A DNA stretch of 64,000 nucleotides, from the NCBI RefSeq assembly GCF_000143415.4, contig NW_003314264.1:2055710-2119709 (forward strand). Reading direction: 5' to 3'. The DNA comes from Selaginella moellendorffii (Eukaryota > Plantae > Lycopodiophyta). The translations under genes and the position numbers were made by a program. The notes under the pieces are model-generated. The model made no database searches. It saw only the letters and a program-made list of their open reading frames with translations, and was not told the origin of the DNA. The number at the start of each line of letters is the position of its first letter. Within the stretch, counting starts at the first letter, position 1. Positions 39,101 to 51,000 of the stretch are shown here, in pieces.

Positions 39101-39820
39101 TATGGAAACTAGGGAGAAAAAACCATATGTTCTGGGGGACCTTGCAAAACGGCTTGGAGCGATGGTGATAGAGAACCGGCCAGTCCAGGAGGTGGCTGCA
39201 GAAATCAACCAAATGGCAGATGGAACGGTATATCAGAAGCCATTTGATCGGACAAACACCAGTCATCATTTATGGCATGTATATTGTCTAGCCAAGCACT
39301 ATCCGCATCTCCATAATCTGCTCAACCGGATGGGTTCTTCGACCACTGAACATGAGCGTGGACGTATTAGAGAAGAGATGGCATTACTATTGGGTTTAAA
39401 TCCTGATAGTGTGGAGAGTGATGAAATTCCAAGATTATTGTATAGGCGTTGGAGGCAAAAAATAACAGTCTGAGATGGCATGTATTTATTTAAAAATGTA
39501 ACTTATTATGGCATGGGGTTCCATGCCATTGTATTAATATTAAAAGACAATTCTTTGAGAGGATTTGCATTATACTAGAAGTGTTACAGCATGTTATTGG
39601 AAGTCTACGAAGTTGTTTTATTAATAATGGGAAAGTAAAGATTGAATGGGGACTTGGGCTCCACCTAGACTCGGAGCAACTGAGCCAATATTAAAAGGAT
39701 GGAAAGAAATTGGACGACGATGACAAGGAGAAGAGAGAGGTGAAGCAGTGGCAGGGGGAGGAGAAGTGATTGAGTAGACATTTCCTTGTTTAAAATAAAA
39801 TGGCATGTGCCTCAATGCAG
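33126..39820. repeat. Dispersed 20-bp palindrome TGGCRTG-N6-CAYGCCA, about 12 copies
   Basis: Copies start at 33126, 33880, 33957, 34017, 35294, 36793, 36934, 37125, 38357 (perfect TGGCGTGTGATCACACGCCA), 38432, 39509 and 39801. Confidence 0.9.
33851..39473 (+). pseudogene. 11-exon, ~1640-codon gene resembling ParB/Srx-like + degenerate beta-class amino-MTase-like + acidic linker + FCP1/NIF-type HAD phosphatase; probably transposon-borne and inactivated
   Basis: Exons 33851-33853, 34093-35271, 35326-36649, 36700-36786, 36843-36914, 36964-37107, 37155-37706, 37764-37778, 37824-37931, 37979-38563 and 38611-39473 join in frame (4932 nt). Motifs FYAVSGQHSSLA, KCVVEYNCGG..RAALLKG..CVAV and VFDLNGVL..VWTS..IIDDSP. 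Stops TAG at 35269 and TGA at 37301. The donor at 35272 reads AT. Confidence 0.7.
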
Positions 39821-39916
39821 TTGAATTTTGTTATATTTATATACTATATAAAGGTTTGGAAACCTTATTTTACAAGTGGGATAATGACAATTCCCACTTT
39901 AACGAAATAGAGCTTG

Positions 39917-42442
39917 GAAGAGATCATCTCAGATCGAGATAAGATCTTCACCAGTAGGTTCTGAAGGACTCTCCTGGAATAGTATCGCACCAAGTTGAAA
40001 TTCCGCACAACCTATCACCCACAAACAGGTATTAGGTATTAAGTCAAGTTTGATGGCACTAACACTTCTTGACAGACGGACAAACGGAAAGGGTGAATAG
40101 GCAGCTGGAGGATTATTTGTGATGCTATGTCTCGGGAGATCAGACCGATTGGGTAAGTCATTTAGGACTTGCGGAAATGTGTTATAACAACTCACCACAT
40201 TCGAGTATCGGGGTGAGTCCATGGGAAGTCATCAATGGGTGAGCTATTGAAGGTCCTGTGGAACTCGGCGTGGCCGAGTATCATGGAGAGCTACCCGTAG
40301 TGGAGGCGGCGGAAAGACTCAACATTTGGAATCTAGTGAGGGATTCCTTGGAACGGGCTTAACAAAGGCAAATCAAGTATGCGAACCAGAAGCGCTGAGA
40401 TGTAGAGTTCCAAGTTGGGGAGAAGGTGTGGCTGAACACCAAGGACCTCAGGCTACCAAGTGGGATCAGCCGAAAGTTGACCCATGTATTCTTGTAAATG
40501 AATTGATCTTGAGTTCCTTAAGCAAGTTCGCGGGGCCTTACGAGATTGAGGCACGAATCGGTAAAGTGGCTTACCATCTCCGACTTCCTCGAGAGATGGG
40601 GAAGATGCACCTAGTGTTCCACGTGAACTTACTCAAGCCGTACTTTGAGCATCCACTTCGCAAGGACCAAGTAAGACCTTTACATGAGGTTATCCAAGGG
40701 GAAGAGGAATACGAAGTCGAGGCCATCCTCAATGTGCGCAAGAGCAAGTGACAAGGACACAAGGTGAGAGAGTTCCATGTGAAGTGGAAAGGATTTTCAC
40801 ACTGCGAAGCAACATCGGAACCGAAGGAGAACCTAGCGAATGCGCGAGATCTAGTGGAGGAATTTCTGCAAGGCAGAACTCTATGTACTTATGCAAAGTT
40901 CAATTAAAGTATCAATTTGCAAAGTTGAGCAGTGGCATATGTTGGGACCCGAAGGCGCGCCGAAGGTAAGCTAATTAGCATGGGTTGGATAGGTCGACCA
41001 GGCATAGGGCACTATGCTCGACTCCCCGCGGGGATGTCAAATCCGTAGACGTATTCTACGAAGGTTGGGTTCGAGTCCCAACCCCCTAGTAAAGCAAGGC
41101 TGGGTTCAAGTCCCGACCCCATACTAGGGTGTGGTGAGGAGAGGGGTATAGGGACACTTATATTCCGTTGTCATGGGCTCTTAGCTGGGGAGGCTAACTT
41201 AGGCACACTGCTAAGTGGGGGGATGCCCCCGGAGACATGGTCAACAAGTTGTAGGATAAAAAGAGATGTTCGATGTGGGCATCAAACTTCTTCTATGGGT
41301 GGTGGAGTTGTAAGGAACCGACTCCCCGAGATGTTGTAGGCTAAAGGATTTCCGAAAGCATGACCAAAATAACAAAGAGTTCATCGGATGGGACCGAGTC
41401 AAAGATCGAGTCCAAGACCGACTCTGAGACCGAGTTCGAGATAGAGTCCGGGATCGAGCTGAGGCCGAATTGGAGACCGAGATCGAGACCGAGTTTGAGA
41501 CCGAGTTCGAGACAGAGTCCGAGATCCAAATCGGGTCCGAGACCGAGTCTGAGGTCGAGTCCGAAGTTGAGTCCGAGATCGAGTCCGATATCAAGTCTGA
41601 GACCAAGTCCGAAGTCGGGTCCGAGATCGAATCTGAGACTAAGTCCAAATACTAATACGGGTCAAGGGGTGAAAGCCCAAAGCTTGAGTCCCCCCGGGGG
41701 GGGGGGGCTGCAGGGGGTTCCAAAAGTATAATAGGGATAATGAGGTCCAGGAACTAGTCTTGAAGGAACTCTCCAGTGGTGCTTCTAAAATGACTTAAGG
41801 TTGAGACTGGGGCCGAGGGGCCTTGGGTGGGAGTGAGCATGGGCTTGTGTGGTGCCGGAGGGGCCACTCAGGGAAGTGCTCAAGAGCAGCTCCCACTCCC
41901 AAAAGGGAAACCGACTACGGTACTCCCAGCTCATGTGGAGTGGTGCCCCACTTGAGTACCTTGTGGCTCATTGGTCCTCGCCCTTCCTAGGGGCTTGGGC
42001 CTTCCCTTCAAGATGGAAGTGGAAGGGTAGAGGTACCCATATCAGGCCGTTAGGCCACGGTGTTTTGCCCCAATATCCCGAAGCAAGTGTTGCACCCAAA
42101 GCTTGGGATTTAGAGGGTCCCATGATCAAGTCTTATTGTACCAAGGGGTGTTAGGAACCTGGAGGCTTGGTGTGCTTATCTGCTTGTGCCTGTGGGGAGT
42201 GTAGCCGAACCTTAAATCCAGTCTAACCCGGGGAGGGGGATTGGGAGAGATTTGGGAATCCGTGGATGGATGGCTAACGCTCCGTTGCTCGTGCAGTGAG
42301 TAGCTGAAACCAAGTAGGACCAAGTAGGAGCTGGTACAATAGGCGGGGACCTTGGCAAGGGAATTTAGCACAAGCCAAGGCAGTGTTGGTCAGATAGACG
42401 AGGTAAGCTGGCAAATTGGAAAGGAAAAATTTATGGCTTACA
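39917..42442 (+). mobile_element. 5'-truncated second chromovirus B copy (B2): integrase C-half, chromodomain, 3' UTR, PPT and LTR
   Basis: Collinear with the reverse complement of 10076-12635. Intron-1 homologue at 40029-40075. LTR at 41309-42442. Carries frameshifts and stops. Confidence 0.92.
40992..41232 (+). ncRNA. Structured T-loop element, B2 copy
   Basis: GGTTGGGTTCGAGTCCCAACC at 41063-41083 and a second GGGTTCAAGTCCC at 41102-41114. Confidence 0.55.
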
Positions 42443-42977
42443 GTTACCTGATGGTTTGCCTCCCAAATGTAGAATTTAGCATGGGATTGACTTAGTTCCT
42501 AGAGCTACTCCTTATCAGTGGCAACCAACTCATACTAGTCCCACTGAAGATGAGGAGATTAATAGGCAGTTTGGTGAATACCTTTGAAAAAGGTGGTTAC
42601 GGATCAGTAAGTCTCCTTGGGCTACTCCCGTGGTGATGGTCAAAAAGAAAAATGGTACATGGCATCTTTGCGTAACTACAAGGGATTGAATGATAAGACA
42701 GTAAAGAATATGTTCCCAATCCCTCGCATTGATGATTTGCTCAATTGTCTTCATGGTGCTCAATATTTTTCGAAGATTGATTTGAGGCAAGAGTATTATC
42801 AGATTTGTGTCAAGCCAAAGGATGTTCTGAAAACTGCATTTTGGACAAGGACAGGTCATACAAGTTTTTGGTGATGCCATTTGGTTTTACAAATGCTTCT
42901 GCAATTTTTTAGAGATTGATGAATCAAGTTCTACAACCTTACTTGGGAAAGTTTGCAATTGATTATTTTGATGATAT
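42443..42977 (+). pseudogene. Ty3/gypsy reverse transcriptase fragment of another family
   Basis: LPDGLPP, SKSPWATPVV, FPIPRIDDLL..AQYFSKIDL, VMPFG and YFDDI across frameshifts. Confidence 0.85.
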
Positions 42978-44053
42978 TGTAAGTGACTAATTTTTCCATT
43001 CTACTTTAGTCACTTAACCACACCTCCGACCACTTGGAGGATCCTCATTCACAACCTCCTTAAGTCCAATTCAGGACTTAGGACTTGCTAGCCCTGAGAA
43101 TGACATCCATGCCACTCATCCTTTGCACTTGGTCCAAGTGCTCCATGTGTCTTGTCCTAAGACTGACACCCCAAGGTATCAACGATATACCAGCCCGTTA
43201 CGCTAAAGCTATGCCCCTTCACCTTAGTCACACCGGTGGTCCAACACCACCTGCATCGCAGTCTCGTCTCTCAACGACTGGGCCATCTGTCCAAGAGTGA
43301 CCATCCAAGATCCACTCCTTAGCATCCTTAAGATGCCTACAGACATGGGGAACCACCTTTCCCAATATCCCTTTTACCGTCCCCACCAAATCCCTTTTCT
43401 ATCCATGGCCGAGTTTACCTACACTGCCACTGAGACAAGGCCCACAAGCCTGACCACTAAGTCCCAATATCCTCTGAAACTTCCTTACCATGTGACCGTA
43501 CACTAGAGGACTGTTCCTCCTCCTTTCCCCTGTTTAGGACTTCAGGACAACATTTTGGAACACTGTGGCCCTATGCAAGCCCCGTGGGTACTCTCCCCAC
43601 TTTCTGCCTTTAGGTGCTCTAGCCATGAGCTTAGAGCGAGGTTCTGTTAAGCTATACCAGGTATCCAAGTAGGTAGTGCCACCCACACTTGGATTGGGAG
43701 CATCGACCATTCGATCTCCCGAGGGAACTAGAGCCGACTCTTGAACACTTCACTAAGTTACCCCATTTGTCAGTCCGTATTCACTCTAGTTTTGGACTTC
43801 CCAATGGTTATCCCATCACCCAACACCAGACTGCAGCCTTCCTGGGCCAAATTAGCCTTTCCTCACCAAACTGACTCTACTAAAGTCTTCCCCCTACTAT
43901 ACTTTTGGAGCTCACCAAACCCCCCAGGGTCTGGGAGACGAACGCTTTGGGCTTTCACCCTCTCAAACTCGAACTTGGACTTGGACTCGAACTCAGACTT
44001 AGGCTTGGTTTCAACCTCGGCCTCGGTCCCGGTCCCAGTCTCGGTCTCGGTCT
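42978..44053 (-). mobile_element. Truncated, diverged family-A LTR
   Basis: Starts TGTAAGTGACTAATT, is collinear with 19724 onward and breaks within the 6-mer array. Confidence 0.85.
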
Positions 44054-44124
44054 AGGCTAAAGTAAAGGTGGTTGAATAAATGAGGTAAGCTAACAAATTG
44101 GAAAGGAAAACTTTATGACTTATA
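44054..44124 (+). mobile_element. Decayed terminal remnant of a family-B LTR
   Basis: gaggtaagctaacaaattggaaaggaaaactttatgacttata resembles 42399-42442. Confidence 0.6.
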
Positions 44125-44650
44125 CCTTCCTCTAGTGTCAACACAAGCTAGATCATTTGCAATAACTTCCTTGATTGGATTATACTCCCATTGAGCTTTA
44201 TTAATAATTATTGTAGCAAGGTACACTACTCCCATCTCTTTGAAAACAACTTCAAAGATCTTTTTGATTGCAGTTGATTTCTCTCTAGTAGTCTTTTTGT
44301 TTTTACTAAAACCAAACATGAATAAATAGGCATCACTATTCGATGATCTATCGAGACAATAGCTACATACAAAAGCATTCCTCATTTGTTGAAGCTAAAT
44401 ATTGCATTGAAAGGCCATAGCTACTTAGAGTTACACATTGCTACCTCATGCATCCATGATGTTTGAAGGATGAAAATAAACCACTTTTTTTAGTATTTTC
44501 ACGCTTTTTATCCAAAGCTTGGTAAAAGAGCACTTTATCCACTTGACCCAAAGCATAAATTTCCATAACAAAACTGTTGTAGTTACAATTGCTCCACTTT
44601 TCACCATAGACAAAAAATGTTGTTATTGCTTCCACTTCTCTAGAATACAT
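44125..44650 (-). pseudogene. Mutator/MULE transposase remnant
   Basis: Across frames reads FYQ..FILQTSWM..FNAIFSFNK*GMLLY..AIV..TIIINKAQWEYNPIKEVI, which resembles the MULE core (DATF.TN.Y..PL...IIID....E..AI..V). Confidence 0.5.
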
Positions 44651-47600
44651 AAAGAACCTTTAACATCTACACTCTTTTAGTGGTGCATTGTGCCTTATTA
44701 TATGTCTATGCACCCATAGCAAATGCTCAATGTAGCTTGTATTGCACCTCCAAGATAAATTTGTGATACATCGCTATTTTATTAATCTGGAGGTAAAATT
44801 TAATATCAAAGACATTCAGTAATATAAAAAATCTTAATGTCATTTGTGAGTATATATTCTAATTTTAATAAAACACTTTGGTCATATTTTTTATTCACTA
44901 CAAGATAAAGTTTTATTTTTGGTTCACCTTTAACCTCATTGTGAAATTTGGGAATATTCTTCTCTTTGTCATAGGAGTAGAAGTGTTAAATGACAATATA
45001 TTTGAAACAGCATCTAGTATATAGCACATATATGTTCTTTCTTCCTTCAAACAATGTTGAATAATGCTTTGAAACACAATCTTTTTTGCAAACATAAATG
45101 TTATATAACACTTTGTCTTTTTAATAGATCTTCATGTTTGTGGATGTCAAAGAAACACAATATTTATTACATATTACTGTTATTGATATTGCCACATCAA
45201 TTGCATCTATGTGAAGCTCCTCTATCTTCCTAGATTATAATTAATATCAAGATCCATGAACAACTAAATATCACATTGGTTGTTTCTTTTTTTACCACAA
45301 TATTAGGCAATACAAGCATTTATGAAGCCTTCAAGCCAATTACAACAGTGAACTTCAATCTGATCTCCATCATTATTTTTAAGCATGATGAGTGCTTCTT
45401 GGTAGCTCTATGAATAATCATCACTGTTAAATACTATAGCTCTATAGGGAGAATTTGCTGATTCTTGTTGAATGCTAAACATATGATATACTCAAACTAT
45501 TCTTATTTAAATGAGATGCTTTATTTTTCTCACATAACAACAAACTTTTATCCTTTGGTAAAGGAGGGAAGGGATTGGAAGCTAGGATTGACTCTCTCAA
45601 TCTAGGAACTCTACTTAAAAGTGTTTGGAGCATTACAACACAAAGCTCTCTATTAAAAATAACAAGACTTTTTCAACATTTTAAAGGAACTAAATTATTT
45701 TTTCTCCAATTTCTTTGATAGAACTACTACTTATGTGTAGAGAGCTCTATCACACAAACCCTCACATTCTCCTTCACACAAACCCTATTCTAAGCTCATT
45801 AGTATACATTAAAAATAATAGAAATTAAGTTTTTGTATGCTAAATGTCTCTAAGAACTAAACATGAATTTGTGAGAAATGGTCTTTGCTCCATTACTTCT
45901 CTCAAAGAAGGTTTTTAAAAATAAAAGGTTAAAAGGGGCATAACCATAGCTATCAGATTGCTAAAGTACTGTAGTGATAAATATTGGATAAGTTTCCCTA
46001 TAATATTTCTATCGTGCAATCTTGCATTTACATTTGATGTGATTAACCATTATTTCCATAATAGAATGTTAACCATGGACAAGAATTATAGGATCAAAAT
46101 GGAGAATAGTAGGAAAGGATAAATAGTTGCAAACCAATGATTGCTATAAAACCTAAAGATTAAAAAAGCCTAATAATCTAACACTTCCTTTATAAAGCTC
46201 TTGTTATTGAGGTTTTGAATATGCCCCAACCATCCTTGACAATAAACAGGTGCAATAGAGAATACAATTGATAAACTTGATACAAATATTTACTACATCA
46301 TCTTGCATCCATTTTTGAAACAAATCTTCCCCATCTCAAGTAGTCATTGTGTGGAAGCTAAAAACAAAGGATTTTGATCTGTCGACATTATGTTAAAACA
46401 TAATATGATATTTAGTTCATATGTTAGTGACATTAAGCTTAAATAAAGGACAATGATCTAATTTGTATCATGTAAATTTGCACATAGTAACACCTTTTTT
46501 GTTTTATATAAGTATCCAGAAAGATTCAGTGGCTATAAAGTCTAAATTAGAGCCAATCTGGAAAGATAAAAAGAAAACTAAGTGCTCTAAATTTGAAACC
46601 TTTGTCTCATTGTCAACACTAGTTGACATTGTGTTTAGTGTTGACAATTAGTGTTGACATTGTCAACACTAGCACTTTGGTCTTGCTTAACCGAAATATC
46701 ATACTTTCAATTTGATTATCAAGTTGTAATTAGAACTTGTTGACAAGAAAAATATTTACAAAGACAATAAACTTACATAAGTGAAAGATCTAGCAAAAAA
46801 ATGCCTCCTTTTGCAATGCAGCAACTAAAATTTTTCTATGACACAATCAATTAAGCACAACTTCCACTTCTATAGTTGTTTGTGTGGGGCTTTTAGGTTC
46901 CTCACAACATGCATTGAGCTAAACAATCCTAACTACACCAAAAAGAAATAGATTAAGCCTAGAGATGAGAAATTCAATTTTTACCTTACATCCTTAGAAG
47001 GAAAATTGATCACAGATTGTCATTATCATTAAAGCTAATTCTCACAAAACTGTACTAAGTGGCATTTAGTGACACTTAGTTTTCAGCTAAAAAATATAAT
47101 AGTGATGCTAATTAACCTAATGTCTATTACAACATTTAGTTCACATCTAAACCGTTTGTATCTAAATGCTTTAGATAATGGTGTTCTCCATGTGAAAATT
47201 GCTGTTGGCAATTGTTCCGACCTAAGTTGTGCATTTGAAGCTTAGACAATTGTTTTCTTTTGTACTCTACATATCTCAATACAATACATTTTCAGTTCGT
47301 TGCCAGTAGAAACACCAAAGCACTTGATTTTGTAAACCTACAGAGAGGACCTTGATTTGCCTTTGGAGAAATTACTCCAAGCGTTGTTTCCTCAGTTTCT
47401 TGTGGACGAACGACGAAGTTCATTGCCACTGCTTCCATACGAGATGCCATGCTTTGCTTCCCTGAGAGGAGAAAACGCGAGTGAGTGCCTGTGGATTCTG
47501 AATGCCTATGCCAAGCATAGAACTTGATGGAGAACTTCGACGCCGAAGGAGGTTACTGTGCTTGTTTTTGTGCTTCCGAGATATGGACAGCGAGCTTGTT

Positions 47601-49559
47601 GCTCGTTGAATGCATTTACCAGTATAGATGAGAACCCAATGAAGTAGCCACCCAGACTGCCTGAGAATGAAACGTAGCTATGTCTTGAATGAGTAAATGG
47701 TTTGTGCTTCACCTGTCCAGACGTGCGACATAGGTCCTGCGCTTCTGCGATTCTTGGAGCTCGAATGAGCCTTCCAAAAGGCCATCTAAAAGAGGTGTGG
47801 GGAATTAGGCGAGCTCACGGTCGACGCCCCAAAGCTGGATATTCTACTGGTGGGACTGCGTAGGACTGGAGCGAGGATTTGAGGATGACCGTGTTAACAA
47901 CTCTTGTGTTTTTGACAGGCCATGTGAGAGGCTGCGTAGCGTGACGCTAATGGGATCCTGGGCGATGGGTACCATCGTCCAGCTCTCTCGGTTCTCACCT
48001 CTAGTCTCGACGCTCTCACTCCAGTTCTACACGATGACCATGGACGATATGTTATCTTGGTTTGGCCACGTGGAGGTGATACATGTCGACTGTTATTCTT
48101 TTCAGGTGGATCTCCGTCATTTCGTCTTTCTTCTTCTTACCAATCGTGTAATTGCAGTCGTTTGTGTCCGGCGGTGTCTCAGCGCAATGGTCTTACGGTT
48201 CATCTCTTCGTGTGGGGCACTAGTACACCGGCCAACGAGATGGTTCACTGCGCCGAGGTGGCGCAGCTGACACTCACACCAGGGTTTGAATGCTCGCCGG
48301 TGTTGTTCGACGTCTTTCCTGGTCGCGTTTCTTTATCTTTCTTTCCTGACCGACTGCTATCGTTCTGATCTTTGATCTTTTTTCTCGTAGAAAACTGCTT
48401 GTTAAATTAAATGCCTTAACCATTGCTAAAATATTAAAGTCACCCAAATCCAACAACAGATGATTAAAACTTGCCTGTTCATAACAAGAATTAAAGCCAA
48501 AAATGTGGCAATGGACGGCATCTTCAGAGCTAGCCAAAGTGGAGCGACATTCCAATCCACAGCTTAGCCAGTGATCGAGAAGCAAGATTGCTGCTCCACG
48601 AATCAAGCATGTCAAAGAGGTGTGGTTTTTGCTGCTACTCTTCTCTCCTTTTATCTAGGAACCAGCGCAGGAGAAAAATTCATTTGAGCGCTTTGCAGAT
48701 ACAACGGTTTAAACCACTTTCGTTTCTCAAATTATTCATGTTTGGCTTTGACTGCCCGAGTTCTTGACAGCGTTTGAAGACATTCGCCGGCAGCCAGCGG
48801 AGGCAGTCAAGTGACAATTGAAAGGTTATAGTAGTTTTTTTTTATTCAGAGACGAGGCAGCTGAGAAGCATCACGCCAGAAGCCTCAAATTGCTCCATTC
48901 CATCATGACACTTCTCTGGAAGAGGTAGCATCGCTTATTACACAGGGCTGACTTTATGGTTTCTTGGAGGGATGGAAAATAATAAGGTATTTTGTATGCA
49001 TGCTTTTTTGTGGTTTCAACTACAAAAAGCAACCACGTCAGTCCGAGTTTATAAGAAACGACGAGACTTCTCAAACATGTCTTTGTCTTGTTTAGTGGCT
49101 CGAGATTCTGGCATCCAAGGACAAGGATTTTGAAAAGAAGGTAAAACTCTTCCATTGAGTATTTCGTATCTACGGATTGTATGCTGGCTCATACAGAGGC
49201 TTGTGGGATCAGACATTTAAATCCTGATGCTAAAGCTTACAGGGTACTATGCTCTTTGAAAAAATTAGGTATTAAGGCCTTATGGTCTTCTTTTAAAACA
49301 TAGACTATACTTGAGTTCACGAGTTGAAGAGTTAAGCTCACGAGTTGAATTCAATTTTCAATTGTAATTTAGTATAAACATTATAAACTTTAAAATATTA
49401 AAGTTATGGTGAACTTAATAATTTCATAATTCTTTATATATTATATAGATAAAAATGTTCTAAAGGACACTTCTTGTTCTAATAATTTTGCCATGATAGA
49501 AACATTTGTTAGAACATAAAATAAAATGTTTGCAAAAAGAATATTATTGCAAAAAGAGA

Positions 49560-51000
49560 GACCCGACAAGACTTCCATCCGAGACTGTAAGAGATTGGGC
49601 ACAATAACTACAGCATTCAAGCCTTCCAGCCTCAGGCATGATGCTACTAGCATCTGGAGCAGCACATGAGAGACGGGCAAGCAAAGCTTGCACATTTCTA
49701 GGCACTTGAGCGAGCACCACACCAATCTCTGGTTGCTAGTGTGCATCCTTCCAATTATCTCAAGCCTCCGAATTGTGGTGGAGCATGCAATCAAGGCCCA
49801 CACAAACGGTCCCCATGATATGAGCTTCTGGAAAGCATTGAGGGAAAGTGTTGTGAGGGAGCTAGCAACCCAGGCAAGCCAGTAACCACTAGCTTCCATC
49901 TAGTCAATGCCATAACCATTCGCCATCACCATCACGACCATTGCCATCCTCATTGCCATCGCCACCATCGCCATCCTCATCATCAGCCTAGTCATAGTTG
50001 CTGGAAAACGTGTGAAACTTAAAAAATGTAATGTTTTAAATGCGTTAAAAAACGCCGTTCTAAACTCCCAATGTGTTTGCACTATTTGTAAAAAGAGACA
50101 AAGGTTTCTTTAGGGGTTTCTTCAGGGTTCTTGTGGTTTAGAGATGCCTGATCTACATCACATGGCTTTCCAGATTTTAAGCTAGGTTGTTTGCACTTCT
50201 CCATGCAAGAGGAATTGGAGCTCATGGAGCTTGATACAAACAAAGCACAGGTCCTGCTTGCTTCCCAAAAATGTTGAGAAGCTGGTTTACATTCATACAA
50301 ACTTGTAGGTTGCTTAGAAGCTGGAGAGTGAAGGTTTGAGGATGCTAGAGATTGATATAGACAAGCTGGAGTTAGAGCCTCATTGAAAAAGGATTTTGGA
50401 TCTGCAAGAAGCTTTTGAGGAACCAAATCAGGCTGCTAAGGAGTTTAGCATCGATGAAGGAATGAGAGATGATTCAGAATCGGAAGATGACTAAAATGGC
50501 TTCTTCTTTCATTTTTTTTAGTATGTTATTCAGTTAGGTTTTATAAAATTAATATCAGATTAAAGTGTCTTTAGTAAATATTAGTGTTTTCTTAATCATT
50601 TTAGGCTTTAACATGTAAACGTTGGATTGTCCTGAAAAAAACATTTTAAATGGCGTTTAAACGTCGACATGTTGGAACGTTTGCACATCTAGCTGCAACT
50701 ATGATCCCAATTGCCATTCCCATCCTCATTGTCATCGCCACTGAGGCGATACTGGAGCACGATGCTGAGCTCCTTGAGGCAGTTGGGAGCCTTGTACTTG
50801 GTGTGGTGAAGGATGCTGGGGATGGCATCCTCAGAATTTCTCAGCTCCTCCATGCCATTTACTGCAAACCCGATGCACAGGCGAGAGATGGCCCAGCGCA
50901 ACTTGGACCATCGCTTGCACACCAGCGAGCATTTGGCGAGCTCCCGTGCATCGCCCACCTTGGTGAAGACGTCCACCAGGAAGCTATCATCGAGCTCCAT
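49560..51000 (-). pseudogene. F-box protein gene with LRR-like downstream segment, probably disrupted
   Basis: MELDDSFLVDVFTKV..ARELAKCSLVCKRW is an F-box motif. The 49441-49899 frame has LTTLSL/IRRLEI/LKCLEM repeats. Exon joins were not resolved. Confidence 0.55.

Noticed and set aside
33000-39916. TIRs or TSD delimiting the ParB-like gene unit
   Set aside because: None found. The right side is cut by the truncated B2 copy, so mobility remains an inference.
47300-48400. Possible LINE or other TE coding remnant
   Set aside because: More GC-rich than its flanks, but no motif could be identified with confidence.
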